The position numbers were made by a program, and so were the translations under genes. From a virus, in the IMG/VR virus record IMGVR_UViG_3300045256_000173: 64,000 nt of DNA; one strand, given 5' to 3'. The notes beneath the pieces were generated by a model. That model searched no databases. It saw only the letters and a list, made by a program, of their open reading frames with translations, and was not told where the DNA came from. This document shows positions 44,949-53,602 of this stretch, piece by piece (the first letter of the stretch is position 1; each line of letters begins with the position of its first letter).

Positions 44949-45347
44949 TCACCGGCCACCGCCGTCCAACGCTGCGAAGAAGCCCTGGCGGCGCAGTCGC
45001 GTGTAGCACGTGCCGCATCGACCCCGCCCTGAATGGAACCGCTTCTTCCCGCACGTCACGCAGACCACCTCACGTCGAGGTCGCCCGGGGCGCTTGGGTT
45101 CCGGGTGTTGACGAGGCGCGTCGAACCGGCGGTGGCAGGTGACACACATCCGCTCGTAGTCGTTGACGTCGTCGTACCGGCCGGTCAGGTTGGCCCACTC
45201 ATACCGCGCGTCCGGGTCGCTCTTCCCGCACCGCTCGCACGCCTTCGGCCGACCGCGGGCAATCTCAACCCGACGGTGAAGGGCGTTGTATTTGGCCCGG
45301 GAGCCCCGCCAGTTCGGATTTGACGACCAGTTTTGATCTCTAGACAT
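44949..45347 (-). CDS. HNH-like endonuclease / Zn-binding protein
   Basis: LHRRV...CERCG...YEWAN...RMCVTCHRRFD plus C-terminal CVTCG/CGTCY. Confidence 0.65.
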   Translation of the reverse strand: MSRDQNWSSNPNWRGSRAKYNALHRRVEIARGRPKACERCGKSDPDARYEWANLTGRYDDVNDYERMCVTCHRRFDAPRQHPEPKRPGRPRREVVCVTCGKKRFHSGRGRCGTCYTRLRRQGFFAALDGGGR

Positions 45348-45921
45348 CGGCAGCACGCCTCAACAGCCGCTGGCCGGCCCGCGCCGCCCACCCCGCGCAC
45401 AACAGCCCCGGCGAGCCGTCTAACCGGTATGGCACCCCGCCGACCATGGGCGGCTGCCAGTCGTTCGGGCTGCCCTCCACCGTCCGCCCGTCCGGGTGCT
45501 CCCAACGGACCGGGCGGCGCATCCCCTCGTGACACCAGAAGGGTTTCCCGTCGGCAACCAGCTCGTACAGCGCCGCCTCGGACCACTCGTCGGCCCGCTC
45601 CGGGCTGTCCTTGCGGAACGCGCAGTCGCCGCACATGCGCGGCTGTGCCGCGAGGTCCTGCGGCCCGACCGGTGGGCGGGGCGGCTGCTGGTCCTCGGCG
45701 AAGACCGGCGTCCAGCAGATGCAGTTCGCGGGCCCGCCCTGTACGTCGCCCCAGCAGCAGCCGGTGCCGTCGTCGTCGGGATGCGCTTCGGCCCATGCGC
45801 GGGCGGCGTAGGAGCCGGCTCCGCAGTCGAGGAACTTGGTGAGCTCGGGCGGGATGGTGACACCAACCTCGGCGGCCTGGTCGACGATCCGCTGGACGGC
45901 GTACTTCTCGAAAGCGCTCAC
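45340..45921 (-). CDS. Cys-rich hypothetical protein
   Basis: CCWG, CICW, MCGDCAFR, FWCH, LCAGW. Confidence 0.6.
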   Translation of the reverse strand: MSAFEKYAVQRIVDQAAEVGVTIPPELTKFLDCGAGSYAARAWAEAHPDDDGTGCCWGDVQGGPANCICWTPVFAEDQQPPRPPVGPQDLAAQPRMCGDCAFRKDSPERADEWSEAALYELVADGKPFWCHEGMRRPVRWEHPDGRTVEGSPNDWQPPMVGGVPYRLDGSPGLLCAGWAARAGQRLLRRAADV

Positions 45922-46814
45922 GCAGCCGCCCCCGACCGGCAGCCGTACGGCGAGCATCCGTCCGGGTCTCCGTCCTCAGCCAGCTCTATCTCGGCCAGTG
46001 CGTCGAAGATGTCCGGCGACCGGTCGGCCCATTCCTTGCGGGTCACCCGGTTGATCGGGGCGATGGATAGCGGCAGTCGGGAGCGGTGGAGGAACGCCTC
46101 CCCGTTGAGCGGCAGACCGCGGGCGCCACCCTTGCGGATCGCCTCGTCGAACGCCACGGCGTCGGCCCACTCGTCGGGGTGGTTGTCGCGGAGCTCCCGC
46201 CACTGGGCGTTGCCGTGGAACGGGCAGCCGATGCAGGCGCTCTTGGCGGTGTCGCCCCAGCCGCGGGCCGTGAGCCACCGCTGGCAGTCCTTCCGGCTCA
46301 TGCCGAGGTCGAGCAGCGGGTAGCGCTTGCGGGAGTAGAGCACGCCCTCCTTGTCGGAAACCCGGTGGATCTCGTCGGTGGAGAACCCGATCCACTGCTC
46401 TGCCACCCGGCCCTTCGGCACCCGGCGGTAGTCGGGGGCTTCGGCGCCGAGCAGTTCGCGGACCTTTCGGCCGATGGGAGCCAGCTTGTACTCGCTGGTG
46501 CACTGCCGGCGGCCCATGCCGTTGGAGCCGTCTGGGTTGCGAACGAAGTACGGGATGGACGCGTACCGGTGGGCGGGGTCGAGGCTGTCGTGGCGGAGGT
46601 TGCCGTTGGCGACGCGGTACAGCGGGATGCCGGCCGCGTTGAGCACCTTCTCCAGCCGGGCGAGGTGGTCGTAGACCTTGCGCGGCTCCCAGCCGGTGTC
46701 CGCGAAGATCGCGCCGTCCAGGCCGGGCAAAGTGCCGTCGGCGGCCATGAGAGCCAGGACGGTGGACTGGACGCCCGCGCCGAGCGACAGCAGCCGCATA
46801 GTCGGCGCGCTCAT
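45918..46814 (-). CDS. PAPS-reductase/FAD-synthetase-like PP-loop protein
   Basis: LSLGAGVQST PP-loop, IFADTGWE, RQCTSEYK, KSACIGCPF. Confidence 0.85.
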   Translation of the reverse strand: MSAPTMRLLSLGAGVQSTVLALMAADGTLPGLDGAIFADTGWEPRKVYDHLARLEKVLNAAGIPLYRVANGNLRHDSLDPAHRYASIPYFVRNPDGSNGMGRRQCTSEYKLAPIGRKVRELLGAEAPDYRRVPKGRVAEQWIGFSTDEIHRVSDKEGVLYSRKRYPLLDLGMSRKDCQRWLTARGWGDTAKSACIGCPFHGNAQWRELRDNHPDEWADAVAFDEAIRKGGARGLPLNGEAFLHRSRLPLSIAPINRVTRKEWADRSPDIFDALAEIELAEDGDPDGCSPYGCRSGAAA

Positions 46815-47212
46815 GCGGGCTCACCGCCCGGCGGGGAGGGGAAGAGGCCGAGCGGCACCCGAGGCTGCCCTTGGTAGAAGCTGGCCTTGGCCTGTGACTG
46901 CACCTGGAAGTCCACCGGCAGCCCGGTGGCCTGGCCCAGCCACAGCGACGTCGACGAGCAGACCAGCGACCACAGCGGGTGCGTTCGTGGGTTGCCGTTC
47001 AAGCCGGGGAACAGTTCGGCGAACCGGTCGTTCGGCAGGATGATCCGCACGTCGACGTCCCGCCATGTGGCGTAGGAGACCGAGCTGCCGACGAGGTAGC
47101 AGATGCTGTCGAAGGCGGTGTTGACGGCGAGGCATGCCTGGTTGAGTAGGAAGTAGCCGGGCGACCCGACGTACGTCTCCCGGCGCCGGCCGGGAACGGC
47201 GGGACTACCCAC
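46811..47212 (-). CDS. Minimal nucleotidyltransferase-like protein (copy 2)
   Basis: VGSS-x7-DVDVRII and GLPVDFQ; clear paralog of 17445-17789. Confidence 0.65.
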   Translation of the reverse strand: MGSPAVPGRRRETYVGSPGYFLLNQACLAVNTAFDSICYLVGSSVSYATWRDVDVRIILPNDRFAELFPGLNGNPRTHPLWSLVCSSTSLWLGQATGLPVDFQVQSQAKASFYQGQPRVPLGLFPSPPGGEPA

Positions 47213-47438
47213 GATCCTCACCGCCCGGGACAGGCTCGACGGTGAAGTCGGTGACCCCGTCGAGCGGCACGTACGTGCGGGGCAGGTCAGTGCCGATGAC
47301 GATGCACCGGCTCGCCGAGTCGATACGCCATCCCCGCTCGACCGGGAAGTAGCGGCGCTGGTGGTCGGCGTACTCGACGCGCAGTTGAACGCGACTCACA
47401 GTCGGGGCTCCGCTGTTCGGTGCGGGGATCGTGATCAC
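47205..47438 (-). CDS. Hypothetical protein
   Basis: Coupled beta-rich 77-aa ORF. Confidence 0.5.
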   Translation of the reverse strand: MITIPAPNSGAPTVSRVQLRVEYADHQRRYFPVERGWRIDSASRCIVIGTDLPRTYVPLDGVTDFTVEPVPGGEDRG

Positions 47439-47674
47439 GAGCCACCCCGCTGCATGGTGATGTCGTTGTCGTGCCCGTGCCCGCACCCGGTGATCAGGTG
47501 CACGGTCCGGCAGGTGCGGGTGCCGGCGTCGGGGCCGGGCCGGGCGGCGGCGATCCGCCGGCAGCCGCAGCCCAGCTCGTCGACGCGCTGCACGGCCAGG
47601 TCGACGGTGACGGTTGCGCCCGTCGTGTCGTCGACGGTGGCGGTCACCTGGTCGCCGGCCCTGATCGCGGTCAT
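47435..47674 (-). CDS. Hypothetical protein
   Basis: Coupled ORF with CGC/CRT/CGH. Confidence 0.5.
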   Translation of the reverse strand: MTAIRAGDQVTATVDDTTGATVTVDLAVQRVDELGCGCRRIAAARPGPDAGTRTCRTVHLITGCGHGHDNDITMQRGGS

Positions 47675-48636
47675 CGCGCGGCCCCGCCGGCAGCGGTGCG
47701 GCGGGTACGGCGAGCCCGGTCGTACTCCGCCTCCTTCGGCGCGCACAGCTCGCACAGCGTTTCCTTGCGCTTGCGGTGGCGCAGCGCCGCAGCGAGGGTC
47801 CCGCACGGCTGCACGGGCCGGGCGTCGTTACGGCGGTCCGGGTGCCTCAACGCCACCCGGTGGGGCGTCTCGTGCTCCAGCCACAGCTGCATGCAGGCGC
47901 GGCGGGCGACGTTCAGCCGGCGGTTGAACGCCGTCCTGGTGAGGCCGAGGGAGCAGGTGGCGGCGTCCCGGTCGGTGTGCCGGGCCCACGGCCCGCCGCA
48001 GTGCGCGCAGTCGTCGTAGGACTGGGCGCGGGCGTCGGCCTCGCCCTGGTGGACGGCGAGGGCGACGATCGCCGCCCGGTACGGCTCCCCCAGCGAATCC
48101 ATGAGACGGGGCAACGCGAACCGCTCCACGATGGGTTCCTCGGGGCTGGCGGTGACGCGGGCGCCGAGCCAGTAGGCACAGAACCGGGGGGCGGTGGCCA
48201 AGCCGGCGTCCCATTCGCGGTCCCGGTACCCGTAGGTGGTGCGGTGGTCTCTGACGATCGCCCAGATGGCTCCTTTGCCGACGGCGAGGAGGTCCCGCTC
48301 CGGGGGCCACTGGTCGACGGTGTAGAGGTGCAGGGCGATCGCCGACCAAGCGGTGTCGTGCAGGTCGCGTTGGTCGGCGGCCATGCTGCGGTTGGAGCCG
48401 GCGGATTGGCGGGCGAGGCGGTGCAGGTCGGCGAGGGTGTAGCCGTGGGCGAGGAGTGCGGGTGGGGATGGGGCGGGGCTGGGGCCGGGGCCAAGGTCAG
48501 CAGCACGGCGGGCCCGCGCTGCGTCGGTGACGGGGATGCCCTTACAGGAGTGGATGACCGGCCAGACGTACTTGCCGCATCCATCGCATTCCGTGCGGCC
48601 GTCGCCGGGATCGGCGCGCGGGTGGTCATTGAGCAC
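47671..48636 (-). CDS. Sigma-70/ECF-like protein (divergent), with Zn-ribbon additions
   Basis: DLHDTAWSAIAL region-2-like helix; LMDSLGEPYRAAIVALAV and LGLTRTAFNRRLNVARR region-4-like. Confidence 0.5.
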   Translation of the reverse strand: MLNDHPRADPGDGRTECDGCGKYVWPVIHSCKGIPVTDAARARRAADLGPGPSPAPSPPALLAHGYTLADLHRLARQSAGSNRSMAADQRDLHDTAWSAIALHLYTVDQWPPERDLLAVGKGAIWAIVRDHRTTYGYRDREWDAGLATAPRFCAYWLGARVTASPEEPIVERFALPRLMDSLGEPYRAAIVALAVHQGEADARAQSYDDCAHCGGPWARHTDRDAATCSLGLTRTAFNRRLNVARRACMQLWLEHETPHRVALRHPDRRNDARPVQPCGTLAAALRHRKRKETLCELCAPKEAEYDRARRTRRTAAGGAAR

Positions 48637-48808
48637 GGCGGGCTCCGAAGTTCTCCAGGGCCTCGACGGTCATGGCGGTCAGCTCGTCGTCGCTGGCGTC
48701 GTAGAACGCGTCGTAGTCGGCGTGGTCGCGCGGCAGCGGGTGCTCGTCGGCGGTGTGCGTCGCGCCGGGGCGCCGGCACCAGTCGCAGGTGGGGCCAAGG
48801 CCGGTCAC
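48626..48808 (-). CDS. Hypothetical protein
   Basis: Coupled ORF with CDWC. Confidence 0.45.
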   Translation of the reverse strand: MTGLGPTCDWCRRPGATHTADEHPLPRDHADYDAFYDASDDELTAMTVEALENFGARRAQ

Positions 48809-49158
48809 GGCGCGGTCCAGTACGTCACCGGGAACGCGCCGGGCGCGGTCGGGTCGGCGTGGGCCAGGAGCCAGCAGGAGGCGCTGACGGCGGTGTTGAC
48901 CATCCATGTGTGCCGGATGCAGTCGGTGATGTCGTCGACGGTGCAGGTGGCGAACTGCTCGGGCACGCCGTAGAACTCGCGGGCGTGCCGGCGCAGGGCG
49001 GCGACCATGCGGTGCTTACCGACGTGGCCGAGGGCGAACACGTCCCCGTCCTCGCCGATGTCGGAGAGGGGGACGCGGTAGTAGGTGCCGAGCATCAGGA
49101 GGTTGGGGGTGGTGCCGGTGGGCAGGTCCCAGGGGGCTGGGGCGGTGATGGTGAGCAC
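48805..49158 (-). CDS. Hypothetical protein
   Basis: RBS present; IGEDGDVFALGHV...FPVTYW. Confidence 0.6.
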   Translation of the reverse strand: MLTITAPAPWDLPTGTTPNLLMLGTYYRVPLSDIGEDGDVFALGHVGKHRMVAALRRHAREFYGVPEQFATCTVDDITDCIRHTWMVNTAVSASCWLLAHADPTAPGAFPVTYWTAP

Positions 49159-49169
49159 GGCGGGGCTCC

Positions 49170-49463
49170 TCAGGCGGGGATGTCGGCGGTGGCGGTGGGG
49201 AAGGCCCGCATTCGGGCGGCCAGGTCCCGCAGCCGGCCGGCGAGGGCGTCGAGGTGGTCGGGGTTGGTGACGGCGACACCGCCGACGTGGGCGGCCTGGC
49301 CGAGGTCGAGCACATGGAGGGCCCGCTGGTTGTCGCCGACGAGCAGGGTGTGGCCGTGCGGGTCGGGGCGGACGGGGTAGACGCCGGGGGTGAGGCGCTG
49401 CTCGGTCCTGGTGTGGGAGGTGTCGACGGTCTCGCCGGCGATGGCGTCCGGGTGGGTACTCAC
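49170..49463 (-). CDS. Hypothetical protein
   Basis: GTG at 49463 with GAGGAG RBS. Confidence 0.55.
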   Translation of the reverse strand: MSTHPDAIAGETVDTSHTRTEQRLTPGVYPVRPDPHGHTLLVGDNQRALHVLDLGQAAHVGGVAVTNPDHLDALAGRLRDLAARMRAFPTATADIPA

Positions 49464-49852
49464 GGCCGGCTCCTCAGGTGGGGTCGGCGTCGGGCGGCCC
49501 AGCCGATGGCCAGCAGCCCTCCGTAGAACGACGCCGACCCGACGGGCAGGGACACCCACCACGGCCAGCCGTACTCGCCGGTCGTCCCGGCCAGCACCAC
49601 ACCGGCGACCCAGCCGAACACCCAGGCGTAGCGGCCGAACTCGGCCAGCCGGGCGGGGCTGGTCAGGTGCCCGGTGCGGCGCAACACCTCGAGCACCGCC
49701 GCCGCTGTTTCCCGGGCGTGTCCGGGGGCGACACCGAGGCCGGTGCCCCAGCTGTACGGGGACGTCTCGTCGCCGCGGCGGCGGGTCGCCTCGCGGGTGA
49801 CGATGGAGGCGACCAGGTCGACGGTTGACGGTTCAGCCACGACGACCACCAC
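49460..49852 (-). CDS. Putative membrane protein
   Basis: Two hydrophobic C-terminal segments. Confidence 0.55.
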   Translation of the reverse strand: MVVVVAEPSTVDLVASIVTREATRRRGDETSPYSWGTGLGVAPGHARETAAAVLEVLRRTGHLTSPARLAEFGRYAWVFGWVAGVVLAGTTGEYGWPWWVSLPVGSASFYGGLLAIGWAARRRPHLRSRP

Positions 49853-50126
49853 CGATCGCGGGGATCAGCTCGGTCTGGTCCCGCAGGACGGGGATGACCG
49901 CGGTCGGCGCGTCCGCCGTGTTGCAGGCGGCGGCGCGGACCGGCCGGCGGGCGCCACGGTGGCGGCGGACCCGGGCGGCGGCCGGAAGGGACGACTTGAC
50001 GGCCGGCCGGGGCCGGTTGCGGGCGGCCAGCCATGTGAGGACGGCCAGCGCGGCAACGATGAACACGACACCCACGGAGGTGGCGATCCGCGACCCGGCC
50101 AACACCAAATCCAGGAGGGCGATCAC
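49833..50126 (-). CDS. Putative membrane protein
   Basis: Hydrophobic N-terminus, basic C-terminus. Confidence 0.5.
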   Translation of the reverse strand: MIALLDLVLAGSRIATSVGVVFIVAALAVLTWLAARNRPRPAVKSSLPAAARVRRHRGARRPVRAAACNTADAPTAVIPVLRDQTELIPAIGGGRRG

Positions 50127-50602
50127 GACGCCACCCCCGGCAGGAACGTCGTCTTCTCCAGCTCGGCCGTGTACCGGCCGTGGCCGAGCGCCACCCGCAG
50201 GGCGGAGACCTCCTCGAACCAGGTCAGCGGCTCACCCGGGGCGGGCGCACGGCCGACGGTGGACGCCAGCGGCGCGGCCGTGTCGAGGATGGGAGTGGGG
50301 GCCGGTACCTGGGTCAGCTCGTCGAGGGCGACCGCCCACCCGGGCAGCACAACCGGCGTGCTGGCCGGGCTGTTGACGGGCCACACGGTGGCGTCAGCGC
50401 CGCTGTTGTTGCGGTCGAGGTGCCGCCACCGGTCGAGGGTCGGCGCGTATTCGGTGTCGATGTCGGCGGTGCGGCGGGCGTCGGCCCGGTCGGCGCGGCC
50501 GGCGGCGTATCCGCCGGCGACGAGGCCGAGAATGCCGGTGCAGAACGCGCCGTACGCCCACCAGGGGATGGTGAGGGTGAAAGTGGCCGATGCGCCGTTC
50601 AC
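50123..50602 (-). CDS. Membrane-anchored hypothetical protein
   Basis: WWAYGAFCTGILGLVAGG TM helix. Confidence 0.55.
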   Translation of the reverse strand: MNGASATFTLTIPWWAYGAFCTGILGLVAGGYAAGRADRADARRTADIDTEYAPTLDRWRHLDRNNSGADATVWPVNSPASTPVVLPGWAVALDELTQVPAPTPILDTAAPLASTVGRAPAPGEPLTWFEEVSALRVALGHGRYTAELEKTTFLPGVAS

Positions 50603-50760
50603 CGGGCACCCCCGATGGTGGTGGGGCGGGTGCGGCTGATGTAGGGCCGCGTGTTGACGGCCTCGGGGTGCCGCTCGGCGACCTGCGCGAACTTGCGGTC
50701 GACGGCGCTCTGCGGGGTGTTGTGGTCGGAGCCGGCGTAGATGAGGGCGTATGAGGTCAT
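50599..50760 (-). CDS. Hypothetical protein
   Basis: Coupled 53-aa ORF MTSYALIYAG. Confidence 0.45.
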   Translation of the reverse strand: MTSYALIYAGSDHNTPQSAVDRKFAQVAERHPEAVNTRPYISRTRPTTIGGAR

Positions 50761-50914
50761 GGGGGTCACCACCTGGTGCGCAGGGTGAAGGGGGAGTGGC
50801 GGCGCCGGTGGCAGCCGGCGCAGGTGCGGGCCCACCGGCCGCAGTGGGGGTGGGTGCACTGGATGAATCCGGTGAGGGCGACGGCCGCGGTGGCGATGCC
50901 ACGGGCGAGGGCGG

Positions 50915-51754
50915 TCACGAGGTCACCACGTCGAAGGCGTCGAGCAGGGACGGCTGGGTTCCGAGCGGACGGTTGGACCACAGCACTTCGGTACGGTTGG
51001 CCCACACCTCCCCCTGGCCGGTGCCGGCGGCGATCGTGTGGCGGTCCCAGCCGGGGTAGAGCTCACGGTCGTACAGCTCGCTGGCGTACCCGGACAGCAC
51101 CACGGCGGACTTGCACGCGTGGAGCGCGGCGGCCAGGTCGCGGTGGTCGGCCTCGGCGCGCATCTCGTGGTGGTAGCCGTCCCACGACCGGCACCTGGTG
51201 GTGCCGAGGTACGGCGGGTCGACGTAGAGCAGCACGTCCGGGTCGACGCCGTACTTGGCGATCAGGTCGAGGGCGGGCATGGACTCCAGCGACACCCCGG
51301 CGATGCGTTCGGCGGTCTGGTGGATGCGGCTGACGTACGCGTCGAGGTAGTCGGGCAGCGAGGTGACGGGGGTGGCGGCGGTCTTGACGTTGTGCCGCCA
51401 CCCGGTGCGCCTGCGGGCACCGGCGCGGCCCTGGGTGAGTTGGACGAAGACGCGGCGAGCCACCTCGAGGTCGGGGCCGGTGAGGTCGTAGGACGCCTGG
51501 TGCTCGGCGCGGCTGTGCGGGGTGAGCGCGCAGACCCTGGCCAGCTCGGCGGGCTGGTCGCGCAGGACACGCCAGAACGTCATGAGCGCACCGTCGATGT
51601 CGTTGACGGTCTCGTGGCCGCTGGGGGTCTTGGCGAGGAGCACGGCGAGGCTGCCGCAGTAGGGCTCGACGTAGTGGTTGTGCGGGGGGAACAGCGCGGC
51701 GATGGCGGGGCCGACGGTGATCTTCCCGCCGAAGTACGGGATGGGTGGCTTCAC
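50915..51754 (-). CDS. DNA adenine methyltransferase (D12 class, Dam-like)
   Basis: PYFGGK, YVEPYCGS, ETVNDID, LYVDPPY. Confidence 0.93.
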   Translation of the reverse strand: MKPPIPYFGGKITVGPAIAALFPPHNHYVEPYCGSLAVLLAKTPSGHETVNDIDGALMTFWRVLRDQPAELARVCALTPHSRAEHQASYDLTGPDLEVARRVFVQLTQGRAGARRRTGWRHNVKTAATPVTSLPDYLDAYVSRIHQTAERIAGVSLESMPALDLIAKYGVDPDVLLYVDPPYLGTTRCRSWDGYHHEMRAEADHRDLAAALHACKSAVVLSGYASELYDRELYPGWDRHTIAAGTGQGEVWANRTEVLWSNRPLGTQPSLLDAFDVVTS

Positions 51755-51926
51755 GACAGTTCACCGCCGAGATGGGCGACCGCCGCGATCAGCCCGACGA
51801 CGATGAGGAACACCACGGCGCCGACGACCCGGTTCCACAGTCGGTCGCGGCGGGCCTCACGCTCGTCGGCTGCCCGCTGTTCGGTCTCCCGCCACGACGG
51901 GATCTCGTCCTGCCAGTCGACGCTCA
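51751..51926 (-). CDS. Small membrane protein (start approximate)
   Basis: VSVDWQDE...VVGAVVFLIVVGLIAAVAHL. Confidence 0.45.
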
Positions 51927-52190
51927 CCGGACCACCTCCCCGGCGGCGGCGATCCGCCGATGCCCGGCAAGGTCGACGCACACCGCCGGCGGCTGTCCGC
52001 ACAGTTGGCAGGCGGTGACCGGGGGGCAGCCGGGGCAGCCCTGCACCGGGGAGGGGTGGGCGAGGGTGTGGGCGTCAGGGCTGACGGTGTCGGCCCAGTA
52101 GGCGATCGCGGCGAACGTGTCCGGGTCGGTCCACGCCTCGTAGGTGGGGGACGGCAGCAGCCGCACGCCGGTCACGGTCGGGGCGCTCAC
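51924..52190 (-). CDS. Hypothetical protein (MSAPT start)
   Basis: Coupled; CPGC/CQLCG. Confidence 0.5.
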   Translation of the reverse strand: MSAPTVTGVRLLPSPTYEAWTDPDTFAAIAYWADTVSPDAHTLAHPSPVQGCPGCPPVTACQLCGQPPAVCVDLAGHRRIAAAGEVVR

Positions 52191-52444
52191 CGGGGCTCAC
52201 CGTCCTCGGGGAGTGCGAAGCGGACCGAGTTGAGGGCGGCAAGAGCGGCACCGCGGTGGTACGCCTCGGCGCCCCCGCGAACGATCTCCCGCAGGACGTG
52301 GGTGTTTACCTTCCCGGCGTTCAGGTCGGCGCGCGCCTGCTCCAGGTACCTGGCGATGTCGGCCAGCTCACGTTCGAGGTTCTCGCGGTGGCGTTCCACC
52401 TCGCTGTCCCAGCCACGGCGAATGAGGTCGTTGGGCAGGCTCAT
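52187..52444 (-). CDS. Hypothetical coiled-coil protein
   Basis: 85 aa, coupled at both ends. Confidence 0.55.
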   Translation of the reverse strand: MSLPNDLIRRGWDSEVERHRENLERELADIARYLEQARADLNAGKVNTHVLREIVRGGAEAYHRGAALAALNSVRFALPEDGEPR

Positions 52445-52710
52445 CGCGCACCGCCGTCGGCGTCGCGGACCAGCCGGTATCCGGTGCTGGTCGGGCGGAA
52501 CCGGTCGAGCCGGATGCGAGTGCGGCGACCAGCTTCCGCCTTCTGCTGTGCCTCGTGTCCCCGGGCGGGTCGGCCACGCTGATCGACCAGCTCCACAACG
52601 GCGTGCGTGCGGCCGACCTCCACGACGCGGACCCTCCGGCCCTCGGCGCGCTTGTCGTTGTCAGCCCACACCTGCCCGACCCGCACAGGGGGAATGGTCG
52701 GGGCGCTCAC
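52441..52710 (-). CDS. Hypothetical SH3-like phage protein (MSAPT start)
   Basis: VRVGQVWADNDKR..GRRVRVVEV...RTRIRLDRFRPTSTGY. Confidence 0.65.
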   Translation of the reverse strand: MSAPTIPPVRVGQVWADNDKRAEGRRVRVVEVGRTHAVVELVDQRGRPARGHEAQQKAEAGRRTRIRLDRFRPTSTGYRLVRDADGGAR

Positions 52711-52982
52711 CGCATGCCCCCGACCGAACCGGTGGCGAACTCGGCGACCATGCGCTCGTTGCGCAGCCGCTCCCAGCCCTTCGCCTCCAACGTGAGAGGG
52801 CCGGCGGACTCCAGGAGACGGCCGGGCGTCGCGGACGCGCCGCCGGCAACGCGGTGGAGCGCGCACCGCACCTCGTCGTTGGCCTCCCAGGTCTGGGTGA
52901 CCCACTCGACGCCGTGGCGGTCGACCCACACGTCGCCGTCGAGCGGCGGCCAGTGCGCGGGAAGGATGGTGGGGGCGCTCAT
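52707..52982 (-). CDS. Hypothetical protein (MSAPT start)
   Basis: WPPLDGDVWVDRHGVEW. Confidence 0.55.
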   Translation of the reverse strand: MSAPTILPAHWPPLDGDVWVDRHGVEWVTQTWEANDEVRCALHRVAGGASATPGRLLESAGPLTLEAKGWERLRNERMVAEFATGSVGGMR

Positions 52983-53602
52983 CGGGCCTCACCGCCCTCA
53001 GCGGCGATGTGCGCGGCGATCACCGGGGCGACGGTGGTCCTGAACCACGCCGACGCCTCGAAACCGCCGGACGCCAGCCCGATCAGCGACTCGTAGCCCT
53101 CGTGAACCTCGCCGGTGAACTCGTTGCGCCACTTCCAGGCGATCCCACTAGCGTCGAGCCACAGGCCGAGCTCGGCGACGAGCCGGGCGTGCAGGTCGCC
53201 GCAGCCCATCCCCTCGGAGTCCCGGTAGCCGTACGCCGTGTCGATGGACACCTCCAGCCAACAGGGCTGGTCGTGCTCGGTCCGGTTGCACTGCGGCTCG
53301 TCGGCCTCGTAGAACTTCGAGCCGGGGATGTTGCAGGTCCACTCGTCGTGCTGTGCCGACTCCTCGGCGGTGCGGTAGGCAGCACCGGGGCGGTAGGCAG
53401 CACCGGGGCGGTAGTAGACCATCAGCCAGCCGGGCAGGTTCTGCATCGGTTCGTTCGAGATGCACTCGCCGCTGTCCGACCACTTCTGCTGCTTGGGCCC
53501 ACGGCGATCCTCGTCGTACTGGCCGAGCAGACGCTGGCACTCGGTGAACACCTCGCGGTGGTCAACCTCGCCGAGCACGTAGATGCGGGTGTCGAGCGTC
53601 AT
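52979..53602 (-). CDS. Hypothetical phage protein
   Basis: MTLDTRIYV...EVSIDTAYGY...WKWRNEFTGEVH. Confidence 0.65.
   Translation of the reverse strand: MTLDTRIYVLGEVDHREVFTECQRLLGQYDEDRRGPKQQKWSDSGECISNEPMQNLPGWLMVYYRPGAAYRPGAAYRTAEESAQHDEWTCNIPGSKFYEADEPQCNRTEHDQPCWLEVSIDTAYGYRDSEGMGCGDLHARLVAELGLWLDASGIAWKWRNEFTGEVHEGYESLIGLASGGFEASAWFRTTVAPVIAAHIAAEGGEAR
53372..53414. repeat. 18-bp tandem duplication (2.4 copies), in frame
   Basis: GCGGTAGGCAGCACCGGG x2 + GCGGTAG; encodes YRPGAA-YRPGAA-YR. Confidence 0.95.
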
